A stretch of DNA of 64,000 bases from Bacteroidota bacterium (GCA_947452555.1 CANGDH010000004.1:53553-117552); one strand, 5' to 3'. Shown: positions 40,101-50,498, counted from the first letter of the stretch. Made by a program: numbers and translations. The notes: a model not told the origin generated them from the sequence alone.

Positions 40101-40317
40101 AAAAGAATTTGAAAAAATTACCATTACAATAACCGAAGCAGATATGACTACGGTGAGTCAGCAAATTCAAATGGTATGGGAGAAAATACAAAACAAAGAC
40201 TTCTATACGGGCTGTGGCAAGGACGAATGCCATTGGTGCAATTTTGTAAAAACGAATGAGCTAGCGGTTGCATTACATGATATACAAGCAGAATCAGAAG
40301 AAGACGAAAAAAACTAG
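37162..40317 (+). CDS. UvrD/PcrA-type SF1 helicase fused to C-terminal PD-(D/E)XK nuclease
   Basis: AGPGTGKT, LVDEFQD, VGDDDQSIFRFQGA, NYRS, HGSKGLEF, RRLFYVAITRAK; C-terminal GAIDKI and IDYKTG plus four Cys. Confidence 0.92.
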   Translation: MISKLEQQKAFDTVYEGLNEQQKIAVDTIEGPVMVIAGPGTGKTQILGARIGKILLETDTAPENILCLTYTDAGAIAMRKRLMDFIGTAAYKVNISTFHSFCNDIIQDNLSLFEKPSLDPISELEKIELLKKLIDQFDKKNPLKRYRGDVYYEMGNLSKLFSAMKKEGWNVPYLTTQIEQYIKEIPLRDEFVYKRKYKQFEAGDLKQGLVDVELEKMEKLKAAVISFDSYQQLMKDHSRYDFDDMINWVINAFKENKNLLAQYQERFLYILVDEFQDTSGTQNELVQLLVNYWDQPNLFVVGDDDQSIFRFQGANVENMLHFQKQYKVDIVNIVLENNYRSTQPILDASTQVINQNQERLINKIEGLSKNLIAALPENKLLNNAPSIIQYNDPQEEMMDIAEQVTQLIAEGVAPKEIAVLFKENKYGTEIAHFLQQKNIPIYSRRTANLFDQTLIQQILKILDYLACEWDQPNEGANILFEILHFKWWHISPITIAMLTVEANQLKYGAPENTFRKVLVDKTQEVQTDLFAKGGLENVAKAVHVLEDLIGQVANVTLLNLIEQILQKTGIIQSILSGDNKAEALDMVTHFFDFIKDETHRKPSLNLKDLVDMLRLMKREEIRLPLPITTGSEAGVNLLTTHGSKGLEFTHVFLAGTNAQFWEKKRSTASAGYKLPDTVLSTLEHADDKEELRRLFYVAITRAKKHLTISFSKYKSDGKETEPSQFLVELLEGKEGLIVQKTIEAAIKIQYKLLRLQSTQRPAIEQLEADFIQPKLEKFSMNVTALNNYLKCPLHFYYNSLIRVPSGKSEATTFGSAIHDALNKLFRKMQESNNVFPDKQSLITDFEYYMKRHREAFTKQEFKDRIELGETVLVNYYDFYISSWNKVVTTEYRINNVVVKDIPLKGAIDKIEFNGKEVIVIDYKTGNIDNAREKLKGPNEKNPDGGDYWRQAVFYKILLNHHPKNWQVSSAEFDFVEPNKKKEFEKITITITEADMTTVSQQIQMVWEKIQNKDFYTGCGKDECHWCNFVKTNELAVALHDIQAESEEDEKN

Positions 40318-40333
40318 TAATTTTGTACCCTCT

Positions 40334-41749
40334 ATGAAGCATACCTTGAATCTCCGAAAAATAGCAATTGGATCTCTTTATATATATATATTACAATTAG
40401 CGGTGGGCTGTGCTAATATCGTACCTCCCGTTGGTGGGCCAAGGGATACTATTCCACCCTATTTAACTATTGCAAGACCAAAAGATTCAGCTACAGGTAT
40501 TAAACCAAAAGAAATTCAACTAGTATTTAGCGAGTACATCAACACAACGGACTTACAAACTAATTTTATTATTTCTCCAAGCATAAAAACAACTCCATTA
40601 ATTGATTCCAGACTGAATGCAATTAGAATTAGAATCAATGACAGTTTAGCACCCAACACTACTTATAGTTTACAATTTGGCAATGCCATTAGGGATGTGA
40701 ACGAAGGAAATATTGCTAAAAACTATACTTATGTTTTTAGTACAGGAAATCATATTGATACTGGACGATTTAGTGGCTATGTTCGTCTTGCCGAGACTGG
40801 CAATATAGATAGTACTTTAATTGTAGTGCTTCATCCAAAAAATAATGATACTGCTATTTACAAAAATAGTCCCCAGTATTATAGTAAAATAAATGGGAAG
40901 GGGAAATTTGAATTCAAGTTCTTACCCTACCAGTCCTTTCAAGTGTTTGTAGTTCCTAATGACTACAATAAAAAGTATGATGACAGTACCAAATTAATTG
41001 CTTTTTTAGATAGTCCAATACAAGTAACTGCAGTGACCGATACGCAGAACCTATATGCATTTCAAGGATATAAAAAAATAGATGTTAAAAAAGCAGTGGC
41101 AGGTGCAGGATCAAAAGTTGCAAAAACAAAAAGCACTATCTTAAAATATTCCAAAATACAAGAAGGGGGTGATCAAGATTTATTGAACCCTTTGCAACTT
41201 GCATTTGAGGGTCCTATAAAATTAAATGACAGCTTTCCTATATTACTATGTGACACAAACAACAAGCCTTTAAACAGCTATACTATTAGCTTAGACAGTT
41301 CAAGTAGAAATATGTTTGTTAACTATCCTTGGGAGGAGCAAACTAAATTTCATTTAATCATTCCAAAAGGATCGATTCATGACACTAGCTTTAACACAAC
41401 ACAAAAATCAGATACCCTTAAGTTTATTACGAAATCAGAAGCCGCGTACGGGTCTGTATTAATTAGATTGAGTGGATTTCAGCAAGTTAAAAATCCAATA
41501 CTACTTTTCACACAAGACGATAAAGTAAAATATAGTTTTCCTATTACCCAGTCCATCATTAGCATTCCGAAAATTCTTCCTGGAGATTTTATTTTAAAGT
41601 TATTAGAGGATGACAATAATAATGGGAAATGGGATACTGGAAGATTTGGGAAAATCAGGAAACAACCTGAACACGTAAAACTAATTGGAACCACAATCAA
41701 CATTAAGTCCAATTGGGATAATGAGTTTAATGTGGTGATTAATAAGTAA
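40334..41749 (+). CDS. Ig-like domain lipoprotein
   Basis: Lipobox AVG-C followed by ANIVPPVGGPRDTIPP, F.EYI, NTTYSL.FGNAI.D.NEGN, D.NNNGKWDTG..QPE; start moved to MKHTL. Confidence 0.82.
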   Translation: MKHTLNLRKIAIGSLYIYILQLAVGCANIVPPVGGPRDTIPPYLTIARPKDSATGIKPKEIQLVFSEYINTTDLQTNFIISPSIKTTPLIDSRLNAIRIRINDSLAPNTTYSLQFGNAIRDVNEGNIAKNYTYVFSTGNHIDTGRFSGYVRLAETGNIDSTLIVVLHPKNNDTAIYKNSPQYYSKINGKGKFEFKFLPYQSFQVFVVPNDYNKKYDDSTKLIAFLDSPIQVTAVTDTQNLYAFQGYKKIDVKKAVAGAGSKVAKTKSTILKYSKIQEGGDQDLLNPLQLAFEGPIKLNDSFPILLCDTNNKPLNSYTISLDSSSRNMFVNYPWEEQTKFHLIIPKGSIHDTSFNTTQKSDTLKFITKSEAAYGSVLIRLSGFQQVKNPILLFTQDDKVKYSFPITQSIISIPKILPGDFILKLLEDDNNNGKWDTGRFGKIRKQPEHVKLIGTTINIKSNWDNEFNVVINK

Positions 41750-41770
41750 TTTTACAATTCACAAATTTGT

Positions 41771-42385
41771 ATGCAATTACCATCAACTTTACTTGAAAAT
41801 GCAGTGGCTGAATTTGCCAAACTTCCCGGTATTGGTAAAAAAACTGCTTTACGCTTAGTCTTGCATTTATTAAAACAAGAAGTACAAGTGACTACTCATT
41901 TTGGGGATACCCTTACTAAAATGAGAAAGGAAATTCAATTTTGTCAAAGATGTTATAATATTAGTGACGGTAATATTTGTTCTATCTGCGCCAATTCTGG
42001 TCGAGCAAAAGACACTATTTGTGTCGTAGAAAATATAAGAGACGTAATTGCAATTGAAAACACGCAACAATATAATGGCACTTACCATGTATTGGGTGGG
42101 ATTATTTCCCCATTAGACGGGATTGGCCCAGACCAATTAACTATTGAAGCCTTATTAGAACGAATCAAAAATGATAATGTAATAGAACTAGTATTTGCAT
42201 TAAATCCTACTATTCAAGGAGATACAACAATTTATTATATCCAAAAAAAGCTAACTAGTGCTTCTTGTCGCATCACTACCATTGCAAGAGGGATTGCGTT
42301 TGGAGGAGAGCTGGAATATGCTGACGAAATGACTTTAGGTAAAAGTATTTCCAACAGACAACCAATTCAGCAATATATAAAATAG
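41771..42385 (+). CDS. recR: Recombination mediator RecR
   Basis: LPGIGKKTA HhH, C4 zinc finger, ICVVE, YHVLGG, Toprim, GGELEYAD. Confidence 0.97.
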   Translation: MQLPSTLLENAVAEFAKLPGIGKKTALRLVLHLLKQEVQVTTHFGDTLTKMRKEIQFCQRCYNISDGNICSICANSGRAKDTICVVENIRDVIAIENTQQYNGTYHVLGGIISPLDGIGPDQLTIEALLERIKNDNVIELVFALNPTIQGDTTIYYIQKKLTSASCRITTIARGIAFGGELEYADEMTLGKSISNRQPIQQYIK

Positions 42386-42431
42386 GATATTTAATAAGTT
42401 TTACTTAATTTTGATGTTTAAACACTGATAT

Positions 42432-42968
42432 ATGAAAAAGCTACTTTCCGTGCTTGCTGTTCTTTTTATTATAAGCAACACAAGTTTACAAGCCCAACAA
42501 AACTATAGTACAAAAGCGGCAGTAGTTCACTTTAGAGCCGTGGACGATGACGATATTGATGCTGTAAATAAAAATGCAGTGAGTCGTCTAGAATCCAATG
42601 GTAAATTGAGTTTCATAATGCTTGCCAAAGATTTCAAATTTGATATGGAGAAAATGCAGGAGCATTTTAATGAAGAATATATTGAGAGCGATAAATTTCC
42701 AAGAGCTATATTCAATGGTCAGATTACCAATTTCAGTACCGTGAATTTTAAAAAAGACGGCAAATATCCTATTACAGTAACAGGCAATATGCAAGTACAT
42801 GGCGTTAATAAAACAATGCAAACCACTGGATTAATTGAAATCGTAGGTGGTGTTCCAAAAGCTTCCGCAAGATTCACCGTTACTTTAAAAGATTTTGGAA
42901 TTGGCGGGGTATTGATCAAAATGGTTGCAGACAAAATAAATATAGACGTTACCGCAACTTATCAGTAG
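42432..42968 (+). CDS. YceI-like exported lipid/polyisoprenoid-binding protein
   Basis: Signal peptide, MQEHFNE.YIESDKFP.A.F, G.M.VHGV.K, DFGI. Confidence 0.85.
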   Translation: MKKLLSVLAVLFIISNTSLQAQQNYSTKAAVVHFRAVDDDDIDAVNKNAVSRLESNGKLSFIMLAKDFKFDMEKMQEHFNEEYIESDKFPRAIFNGQITNFSTVNFKKDGKYPITVTGNMQVHGVNKTMQTTGLIEIVGGVPKASARFTVTLKDFGIGGVLIKMVADKINIDVTATYQ

Positions 42969-43000
42969 GCCCTTAATTTGGCTACAAGCTATTAGTATAC

Positions 43001-43008
43001 TAACTTTG
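43001..43008 (+). promoter_or_regulatory. -7 promoter element (TAACTTTG) of metH operon
   Basis: TAnnTTTG match 9 nt upstream of the riboswitch-like aptamer. Confidence 0.65.
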
Positions 43009-43017
43009 CACCGCATT

Positions 43018-43077
43018 GCAGGTGGATTTGTTTATTGTTCAACCTGCCATCCGACAGGATAAAAAGAACTAATAAAC
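43018..43077 (+). ncRNA. SAM-II-type riboswitch aptamer (long-loop variant)
   Basis: H-type pseudoknot: P1 GCAGGU/ACCUGC, GAUUU loop, P2 GUUUAUU-GUUC/GAAC-U-AAUAAAC, inserted AUCC/GGAU hairpin; lies between the promoter and the methionine synthase genes. Confidence 0.72.
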
Positions 43078-43151
43078 GATACACTATATATCGACCCCGC
43101 TTTATTATTAGATTCTTTGTACTCTTTTGGATGTTGCATAAAAAAATAATT

Positions 43152-44165
43152 ATGTCAATACAAGAGTCGTTAAAAAAAAGAATTTTGGTTATTGATGGTG
43201 CCATGGGTACCATGATTCAACGCCATAAATTAACAGAACAAGATTACCGAGGAGAAAGATTTGCCAATTGGCCGTCCGACCTTAAGGGTAATAATGATTT
43301 ATTATGCATTACCCAACCAGCAATTATAACTGGTATCCATTTACAATATTTAGAAGCAGGTGCAGATATTATAGAAACCAATACATTTAGTAGTACTTCC
43401 ATTGCTATGGCAGACTATGACATGCAGGAATTAGCCTATGAATTAAATGTTGCTGCAGCTAAATGTGTGAGAGAAGCTATTAACCAATACAAGTCGAAGC
43501 ATCCCAATGCTTCTGAAAAATATATTGCAGGATCTATTGGACCATTAAATAAAACCTTGAGCTTATCCCCTGATGTCAATAATCCAGGATTCAGAGCAGT
43601 TACATTTGACGAAGTAGTTGCTGCTTATACGGAACAAATTAAAGGATTGGACGATGCAGGAGTAGATGTATTATTAGTAGAAACTATTTTTGATACTTTA
43701 AATGCCAAAGCTGCCATCTTCGCAATCAAAGAGTATTACAGAAAAATTGGCAAAGCAGAACTACCTATCATGATAAGTGGAACTATTACCGATGCATCTG
43801 GAAGAACATTAAGTGGCCAAACATTAGAAGCATTTTATACTTCTGTAGCGCATGCAAATCCATTAAGTGTAGGACTAAACTGTGCATTAGGTGCTCAGGA
43901 TATGAGAAGTCATATTGAAGAGCTTTCTCAAATTGCCACTTGTTATACCTCTGCTTATCCAAATGCAGGTTTACCAAATGCAATGGGAGAATATGACGAA
44001 GCACCGCATCAAACAGCACATTTTATAGAAGAATGGGCAAAGAATAATTTTGTGAATATTGTAGGAGGTTGTTGCGGCACAACACCAGACCATATCAAAC
44101 ATATGGCGGATAATGTTAGAAGCATAACACCTAGACCATTACCAATTGTAGACACGACTATTTAA
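43152..44165 (+). CDS. metH: Methionine synthase, homocysteine-binding module (split MetH N-part)
   Basis: [47 protein letters not shown]; start moved to MSIQES. Confidence 0.93.
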   Translation: MSIQESLKKRILVIDGAMGTMIQRHKLTEQDYRGERFANWPSDLKGNNDLLCITQPAIITGIHLQYLEAGADIIETNTFSSTSIAMADYDMQELAYELNVAAAKCVREAINQYKSKHPNASEKYIAGSIGPLNKTLSLSPDVNNPGFRAVTFDEVVAAYTEQIKGLDDAGVDVLLVETIFDTLNAKAAIFAIKEYYRKIGKAELPIMISGTITDASGRTLSGQTLEAFYTSVAHANPLSVGLNCALGAQDMRSHIEELSQIATCYTSAYPNAGLPNAMGEYDEAPHQTAHFIEEWAKNNFVNIVGGCCGTTPDHIKHMADNVRSITPRPLPIVDTTI

Positions 44166-44184
44166 GACCATTAGAGATAATATT

Positions 44185-46914
44185 ATGAGTGAGAATATAC
44201 ATATTAAGCCGTATTTAAGATTAGCAGGACTAGAACCATTAGTAATTCGCCCTGAAACTAATTTTGTAAACGTTGGAGAAAGAACAAATGTAACAGGTTC
44301 CAAAAAATTTGCTCGACTAATTAGAGAAAATTTATATGAGGAAGCATTGTCTGTTGCAAGACAACAAGTAGAAAGTGGTGCACAAATTATTGACGTAAAT
44401 ATGGATGACGCTTTGTTAGAAGGCGTTAAAGCCATGACGACCTATTTAAATTTACTTCAAAGCGAGCCAGATATTGCACGTATTCCAATTATGATTGATA
44501 GCTCCAAATTTGAAATTATAGAAGCAGGGTTAAAATGTGTTCAAGGAAAGTGTATAGTAAACTCAATCTCTATGAAAGAGGGAGAGGCAAAGTTTATTGA
44601 ACAAGCCCATATTTGTAAAGCATATGGAGCTGCTGTGATTGTAATGGCATTTGATGAAATTGGACAAGCAGATACAAAAGACAGGAAAATAGAAATTTGT
44701 GAGCGTGCTTATAAAATATTAGTAGAACAAGTAGGTTTTGATCCGCAGGATATTATTTTTGATCCAAATATTTTTGCAGTTGCTACAGGTATTGAGGAAC
44801 ATAATAATTACGCTGTTGACTTTATTGAAGCAACAAAAATTATTAAACAAAAAATGCCATTAGCTAAAGTAAGTGGCGGTGTTTCGAATGTGTCATTTTC
44901 ATTTAGAGGAAATGATGCTGTTAGAGAAGCCATTCATGCAGTATTTCTATACCATGCTATCAAAGCTGGAATGGATATGGGTATTGTGAATGCTGGACAA
45001 TTAGAAATATATGACGAAATTGAGCCTACCCTTCGCAATTTATGCGAGGATGTAATATTGAATAGAAACAATGATAATAATGAAGCCACTGAAGCATTGA
45101 TTCAATTTGCAGATGACGTAAAAGCTAAGGGAGCTGACGCTGGACGTGCGGCTGACGACAATAATATCAAACTAGCATGGCGTTCAGGAACAGTTCAAGA
45201 AAGATTAGCCCATTCATTGATAAATGGGATTACTGATTTTATTGATGCCGATACCGAAGAAGCAAGATTACAATATAGTGCACCATTAGAAGTCATAGAA
45301 GGCCCTTTAATGGCTGGAATGAATCAAGTAGGTGATTTATTTGGAGCAGGTAAAATGTTTTTACCACAGGTAGTAAAAAGTGCTCGTGTAATGAAAAAAA
45401 GTGTGGCAGTTTTAACCCCATTTATTGAAGCAGAGAAAGAAAGATTGAAATTGGCATCCGCTACACCAGGTGGAAAATCAAAAGGTCCTGCTAAAATATT
45501 ATTGGCAACTGTTAAAGGGGATGTACATGATATTGGGAAGAATATTGTTGGTGTAGTATTAGGCTGTAATGGATATGAAATTATAGACATTGGCGTTATG
45601 GTTCCAGCTGACAAAATATTAGCAGAAGCAGTTAAGCATGAAGTTGATATTATAGGTTTAAGTGGATTGATTACTCCTTCTTTAGACGAGATGGTACATA
45701 TAGCAAAAGAAATGAAGCGTCGTGGTATGACCATCCCATTAATGATTGGAGGTGCAACCACAAGTAGAATGCATACTGCAGTAAAAATTGCACCTGAATA
45801 TAATGACGGAGTAATACATGTATTAGATGCATCTAGAAGTGTGACTGTTGCAGGGTCCTTATTAAATAAGGATCAAAAAGCTCCATTCTTAGCAGAATTA
45901 GAAGCAGCATACTTGCAATTAAAAATCGACTTTGATAATAAAAAAACCACAAAGCAATCATTACCCTATCGAGAAGCATTAAAAAATAAAATGTCAATTG
46001 ACTGGAAAAATTTTGAAGCTGCAACACCTAGCTTTACAGGGAATAAAGCAATTGAGATATCTGACTTGTCTGTATTAGTGGACTATATTGATTGGAAACC
46101 CTTTTTCATTGCCTGGGAATTGCATGGTAATTTCCCAGCTATCTTAACAGATGAAAAAGTAGGTGAAGTTGCAACTAAATTATATAATGACGCAAGGGCC
46201 TTATTAGATACTATTGTAAAAGAAAAATGGTTAACAGCAAAAGGTGCAGTTGGTTTCTGGCCAGCAAACGCAGCAGGTGATGATGTCTTTTTACAAGATG
46301 GCGCTAAACAAGTTGAGTTACACTTCTTAAGACAACAATCTAAAAAAGCAGCAGGTCAACCTAATTTCTCATTAGCAGATTTTATTTGCCCAACCACTGA
46401 AAATAAAAATGACTATATAGGTGCTTTCGCAGTGACCATACATGGTATAGAAAAACATATCAAAGCCTTTGAGGAGCAATTAGACGACTATAATAAGATC
46501 ATTTTACAAGCATTGGCAGACCGACTAGCAGAAGCATTTGCAGAATACTTACACGCTAAAACTAGAACTGAGTTCTGGGGTTATGCAAAGGACGAGCAAT
46601 TAGGCAATGAAGAATTAATCAAAGAAAATTATGTTGGTATCCGTCCAGCACCTGGTTACCCAGCTTGTCCAGACCATACAGAGAAGTACAGTTTATTTGA
46701 ATTATTAGATGCAGAAAAACATACTGGTATTACATTAACTGAAAGCTTAGCTATGTATCCGGCATCCAGTGTTTGTGGATGGTATTTTGCAAATACACAA
46801 AGTCAATATTTTGGACTTGGTAAAATACAGCAAGATCAGGTTATTGACTATGCAAAAAGAAAGAAACAAAGTATGGAATATATCACACGTTGGTTACAGC
46901 CAGTGATTGATTAA
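44185..46914 (+). CDS. metH: B12-dependent methionine synthase (pterin-, cobalamin-binding and activation domains)
   Basis: [23 protein letters not shown] (DxHxxG), [17 protein letters not shown]. Confidence 0.97.
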   Translation: MSENIHIKPYLRLAGLEPLVIRPETNFVNVGERTNVTGSKKFARLIRENLYEEALSVARQQVESGAQIIDVNMDDALLEGVKAMTTYLNLLQSEPDIARIPIMIDSSKFEIIEAGLKCVQGKCIVNSISMKEGEAKFIEQAHICKAYGAAVIVMAFDEIGQADTKDRKIEICERAYKILVEQVGFDPQDIIFDPNIFAVATGIEEHNNYAVDFIEATKIIKQKMPLAKVSGGVSNVSFSFRGNDAVREAIHAVFLYHAIKAGMDMGIVNAGQLEIYDEIEPTLRNLCEDVILNRNNDNNEATEALIQFADDVKAKGADAGRAADDNNIKLAWRSGTVQERLAHSLINGITDFIDADTEEARLQYSAPLEVIEGPLMAGMNQVGDLFGAGKMFLPQVVKSARVMKKSVAVLTPFIEAEKERLKLASATPGGKSKGPAKILLATVKGDVHDIGKNIVGVVLGCNGYEIIDIGVMVPADKILAEAVKHEVDIIGLSGLITPSLDEMVHIAKEMKRRGMTIPLMIGGATTSRMHTAVKIAPEYNDGVIHVLDASRSVTVAGSLLNKDQKAPFLAELEAAYLQLKIDFDNKKTTKQSLPYREALKNKMSIDWKNFEAATPSFTGNKAIEISDLSVLVDYIDWKPFFIAWELHGNFPAILTDEKVGEVATKLYNDARALLDTIVKEKWLTAKGAVGFWPANAAGDDVFLQDGAKQVELHFLRQQSKKAAGQPNFSLADFICPTTENKNDYIGAFAVTIHGIEKHIKAFEEQLDDYNKIILQALADRLAEAFAEYLHAKTRTEFWGYAKDEQLGNEELIKENYVGIRPAPGYPACPDHTEKYSLFELLDAEKHTGITLTESLAMYPASSVCGWYFANTQSQYFGLGKIQQDQVIDYAKRKKQSMEYITRWLQPVID

Positions 46915-46921
46915 TAAACCT

Positions 46922-47674
46922 CTACTTCTCCAATAACCACCATAAACGCTTATGTTTTTTAGCTTTATAGTTTGAGCCCATATACGTTTTTATATAGTTA
47001 ATGGCTTCCTCTGTGTCGTCAGTGAATAATATAAATTTCTTATCTTCTGGCGATATGGTTCCTCCGGTAATCATATGTTCCATCCAATGCTGGAATGGTT
47101 CATAGTAATCCTTACCCATAACAACAATTGGAAAATCCTTAATGACTTTAGTTTGGATTAAAGTGAGCGTTTCAAAAAATTCATCCTGAGTTCCAAAGCC
47201 ACCTGGCATAATCACAAAGGCATATGAATATTTTACTAATAAAACTTTACGGACAAAGAAAAAGTCAATTGTAATAGAATTGTGTACATAGGGGTTTGGT
47301 AATTGTTCATAAGGAAGTTTGATATTACAACCAATCGATTTTCCACCGTTTTCAAAAGCGCCTCTATTAGCCGCCTCCATAATACCTGGACCACCTCCCG
47401 TAATAGTTGCAAAACCTGCTTCTGCAATCTTCTTACCCATCTCTCTTGCTAAAATATAAAACGGATGATCCTCCTTAAATCTGGCAGATCCAAATACGGT
47501 AATGCATGGTCCTATAAAATGCAATGCTCTAAATCCTTTAATAAATTGAACAAATATATCAAAGGCATATCTTAATTCATGTAATCTTGACTTAGGTCCT
47601 TCTAATCCATAGGACTTAACTGCAGGAATAATGCGACGCTTATTGCTTTTTTGGGTGTCAGGATTCATAGTCAT
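46922..47674 (-). CDS. LOG family nucleotide phosphoribohydrolase (TIGR00730-like)
   Basis: VFGSAR, TGGGPGIMEAAN, FFVRK, PGGFGT.DE. Confidence 0.9.
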   Translation of the reverse strand: MTMNPDTQKSNKRRIIPAVKSYGLEGPKSRLHELRYAFDIFVQFIKGFRALHFIGPCITVFGSARFKEDHPFYILAREMGKKIAEAGFATITGGGPGIMEAANRGAFENGGKSIGCNIKLPYEQLPNPYVHNSITIDFFFVRKVLLVKYSYAFVIMPGGFGTQDEFFETLTLIQTKVIKDFPIVVMGKDYYEPFQHWMEHMITGGTISPEDKKFILFTDDTEEAINYIKTYMGSNYKAKKHKRLWWLLEK

Positions 47675-47770
47675 AAAAAATTAACAATTTCAATCGTCTA
47701 AAGTTAAAATAAATTATGAAGCAGAGTAGCTTAAAATAGTTAAATTTGAATTTGTATTTTATAACAAATC

Positions 47771-49147
47771 ATGAAGCAGAAATTACATCTAATAGTCGTT
47801 TTAATACTTTGTTTAAACCAAACAATGAATGCCCAAAACAAGGTTGCGGTAGAAACCATTCAAGCTTATTCTAATATTTTACCTAATGCAAGTTATTGGC
47901 ATTTGAACCTCCAAAATAAACAACTCATTTTGGAGGCATTAGATAGGGGTATCTTTAAATCACTCAAGTTGGAGAGAGACACTGAATTGGATCCTATTTT
48001 ACTAAATTTTAATAAAACAAGCCAGTTAGGAAAGATTGAAATCGATTGGAGCAAGTCAAGGCAAAATCCTTACCATGCCTATGTAGAACTTTATGAAATG
48101 GAGCCAGCTTTGGCATATCGAAATGGTTTATTAAATATTTCAGAAACTGAAAAAGACAGCGTTAGAACTATTTGGTTTTTAACCTGCTCCGTATTTGATC
48201 AAAATAAAAAAGCAATTTTTAAGAGAACAATTTTAATGCGAATAGCGCAAGTGCAAACAATAGGGATCGGTTTTCCAATAGTATTCCCATTAAGTAGTCC
48301 AATAAATATGTTTACCGCTTTGTCTAAAGGAATAGCACAAATAACTCCCAACATGCCAGATATGAGTTATTTATTAGCTAGCGCTACTATGTTATATGCA
48401 ACGGATAATTTATGGATGCCTTATGTACATAAAACACCAAGGATACGTATTGACACTGCTAAAGGCTTTATGTCATTTACAATTCAAGGGGATCAACAGT
48501 TATTAAGAAACACCAATGCGGTAACTCAAAAAATAAATTTAAAAGACAAGACTGATAACTATCCATTTGCAGCTATAGTTAGTTCCATTAAAGCTGCTAA
48601 TAAAAATAGTAAAAATGAGTACTATCAAATTTATCAACCATTAAGAGATGTGCAAAAAAATATAGATTATGGTATTGAATCTTTTATCTCATTTAATGAA
48701 AAAGCATCTTTTGAAGAAGATGTAACAAACCCAGTTGAATTCTTAAATGATACTTTAAATAAAATATATTGTAATGACACCATTGTTGGAAAGTTTGCAG
48801 TAATTGAAAACTATACACTAGCAGACAAATGGGCCAACCCCAACGAGCTATATAATGGTTATGACTCAACTGAAAAATTTGATTTAGGAACTAGCTTCAA
48901 AAGGCATTATATCACAGCCAATAAGCTTATTAGTGGTGTTTTCAAAAATAGCAAATTCAGAATTTTATTTAATTATGATGCAAACTTGAAAACTATATTT
49001 GTTGACGATCAAATAATATGTATTATTCAGGGAGATAAATTGCCTACTCAAATGGTTGTAATTCCAAATGATATAACAACAAATTATTTAAACTTTTTAA
49101 TACTGTTAAGTAATAGTGAACTATTTCAAATGCCCCCTTTAAATTAA
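47771..49147 (+). CDS. Hypothetical exported protein
   Basis: 458-aa ORF with signal peptide (MNA-Q); no motif recognised. Confidence 0.7.
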   Translation: MKQKLHLIVVLILCLNQTMNAQNKVAVETIQAYSNILPNASYWHLNLQNKQLILEALDRGIFKSLKLERDTELDPILLNFNKTSQLGKIEIDWSKSRQNPYHAYVELYEMEPALAYRNGLLNISETEKDSVRTIWFLTCSVFDQNKKAIFKRTILMRIAQVQTIGIGFPIVFPLSSPINMFTALSKGIAQITPNMPDMSYLLASATMLYATDNLWMPYVHKTPRIRIDTAKGFMSFTIQGDQQLLRNTNAVTQKINLKDKTDNYPFAAIVSSIKAANKNSKNEYYQIYQPLRDVQKNIDYGIESFISFNEKASFEEDVTNPVEFLNDTLNKIYCNDTIVGKFAVIENYTLADKWANPNELYNGYDSTEKFDLGTSFKRHYITANKLISGVFKNSKFRILFNYDANLKTIFVDDQIICIIQGDKLPTQMVVIPNDITTNYLNFLILLSNSELFQMPPLN

Positions 49148-49153
49148 GTAAAC

Positions 49154-49921
49154 ATGCGAATTGTAAGTTATAATGTAAATGGTATTAGAGCTGCCATAAA
49201 AAAGGGATTAATTGAATGGCTAACCGAATATCCAGTGGACGTGTTATGCATTCAGGAAACCAAAGCAAGTTCAACCGATATTGACTTAGCACTCTTTACT
49301 GAGTTGGGTTATCATGTAGCTTGGTATCCTGCAGAAAAAAAAGGATACAGTGGCGTTGCTATATTTAGCAAAAAAAAACCATCAAATATTATTTATGGAA
49401 ATGGGCACGGCATGAGTGATGCAGAAGGTCGTGTAATAAGAGTTGACTTAGGTGATTTAACAATAATAAATGCTTACTTCCCTTCAGGAACAAGTGGAGA
49501 CCTTAGACAAACTTATAAATATCAATGGCTCCAAGAGTTTGCTGCATGGTTAGAAGTATTAAGAAAAGAAAGACCAAATATTATTGTTGCTGGTGATTAT
49601 AATATTGCACATAAAGAAGTGGACATACATGACCCTAAAGGAAATAAAAAATCTTCTGGTTTTCTCCCAGAAGAAAGAGAATGGATGGATCAATTTTTAA
49701 ATAATGGTTGGATAGATAGTTTTAGGAAAGTACACCCTGAAAAATTACATGCTTATTCCTGGTGGAGTCAACGCTTTCCTTCCGTGAGATTACAAAATAA
49801 AGGTTGGCGTATAGATTATTTATGTGTTACAGAAACCCTAGGTGACAAAATAAGAAATGCAGATATATTACCAGACGTTAAGCATAGTGATCATTGTCCC
49901 ATATTAATTGAATTAAAATAA
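49154..49921 (+). CDS. xth: Exodeoxyribonuclease III / AP endonuclease
   Basis: SYNVNGIRA, IQETK, GYSGVA, EGR, GDYN, GWRIDY, SDHCP. Confidence 0.95.
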   Translation: MRIVSYNVNGIRAAIKKGLIEWLTEYPVDVLCIQETKASSTDIDLALFTELGYHVAWYPAEKKGYSGVAIFSKKKPSNIIYGNGHGMSDAEGRVIRVDLGDLTIINAYFPSGTSGDLRQTYKYQWLQEFAAWLEVLRKERPNIIVAGDYNIAHKEVDIHDPKGNKKSSGFLPEEREWMDQFLNNGWIDSFRKVHPEKLHAYSWWSQRFPSVRLQNKGWRIDYLCVTETLGDKIRNADILPDVKHSDHCPILIELK

Positions 49922-49939
49922 ATACATCAATCTACTAAT

Positions 49940-50242
49940 ATGAATGTATGCAATATAAGTTTTCAAATTGAGCCAGCAGTTGAACCTATTTGGCTTGAAT
50001 GGATGAAAGAAAAATTTATTCCTAGTTTTATGTCAACTGAGTGCTTTGTTGAAAGTAGATTTTATGAATTGGAAGTGGACCCAACACAAGCACCAACTTA
50101 TACTTTACAATTATTTGCCAAAAGCCCTGAAAGCTTGGATTCATATAAGTCTAAGCATGCAACTGAACTTATTTTAACATTACATAATACTTGGGGCGAA
50201 CAATGCTTTCATTTTACCTCTTTTATGCAAATTGTGAATTGA
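49940..50242 (+). CDS. DUF4286-like small protein
   Basis: N....I....WLEWM...IP, TYTLQ, terminal F.SFM pattern. Confidence 0.65.
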   Translation: MNVCNISFQIEPAVEPIWLEWMKEKFIPSFMSTECFVESRFYELEVDPTQAPTYTLQLFAKSPESLDSYKSKHATELILTLHNTWGEQCFHFTSFMQIVN

Positions 50243-50498
50243 TTGTGGATACTTAATGGCTTGAAAGCCGCTATAGGACTTGTTTTCAGAAAAATGAGCC
50301 CTGAAACTCAATAAAATCAATGGTTTACACCCTACAAGGATAATTCTATAAAAACTATGACAAAGCTCATTTTCGATGAAAACCTTACTATTTAAGGGTT
50401 TAGGTGGAAAAATAAAATGAAAAAAAACTATCAAAATATTTTTTCGTTTCATAAAACCTAATAAATTTGTCTATCGTTTAAACTATAAAAAACACATC

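Noticed and set aside
42992-43213. Arg-rich reading frames across the metH leader as a leader peptide
   Set aside because: They start at weak TTG/antisense positions inside the riboswitch-like structure, contain no Met cluster and are better explained by the RNA element.
50243-50498. Long intergenic region and 90-aa antisense ORF upstream of hup
   Set aside because: AT-rich promoter region (TAAATTTG at about 50462); the ORF has no coding features.
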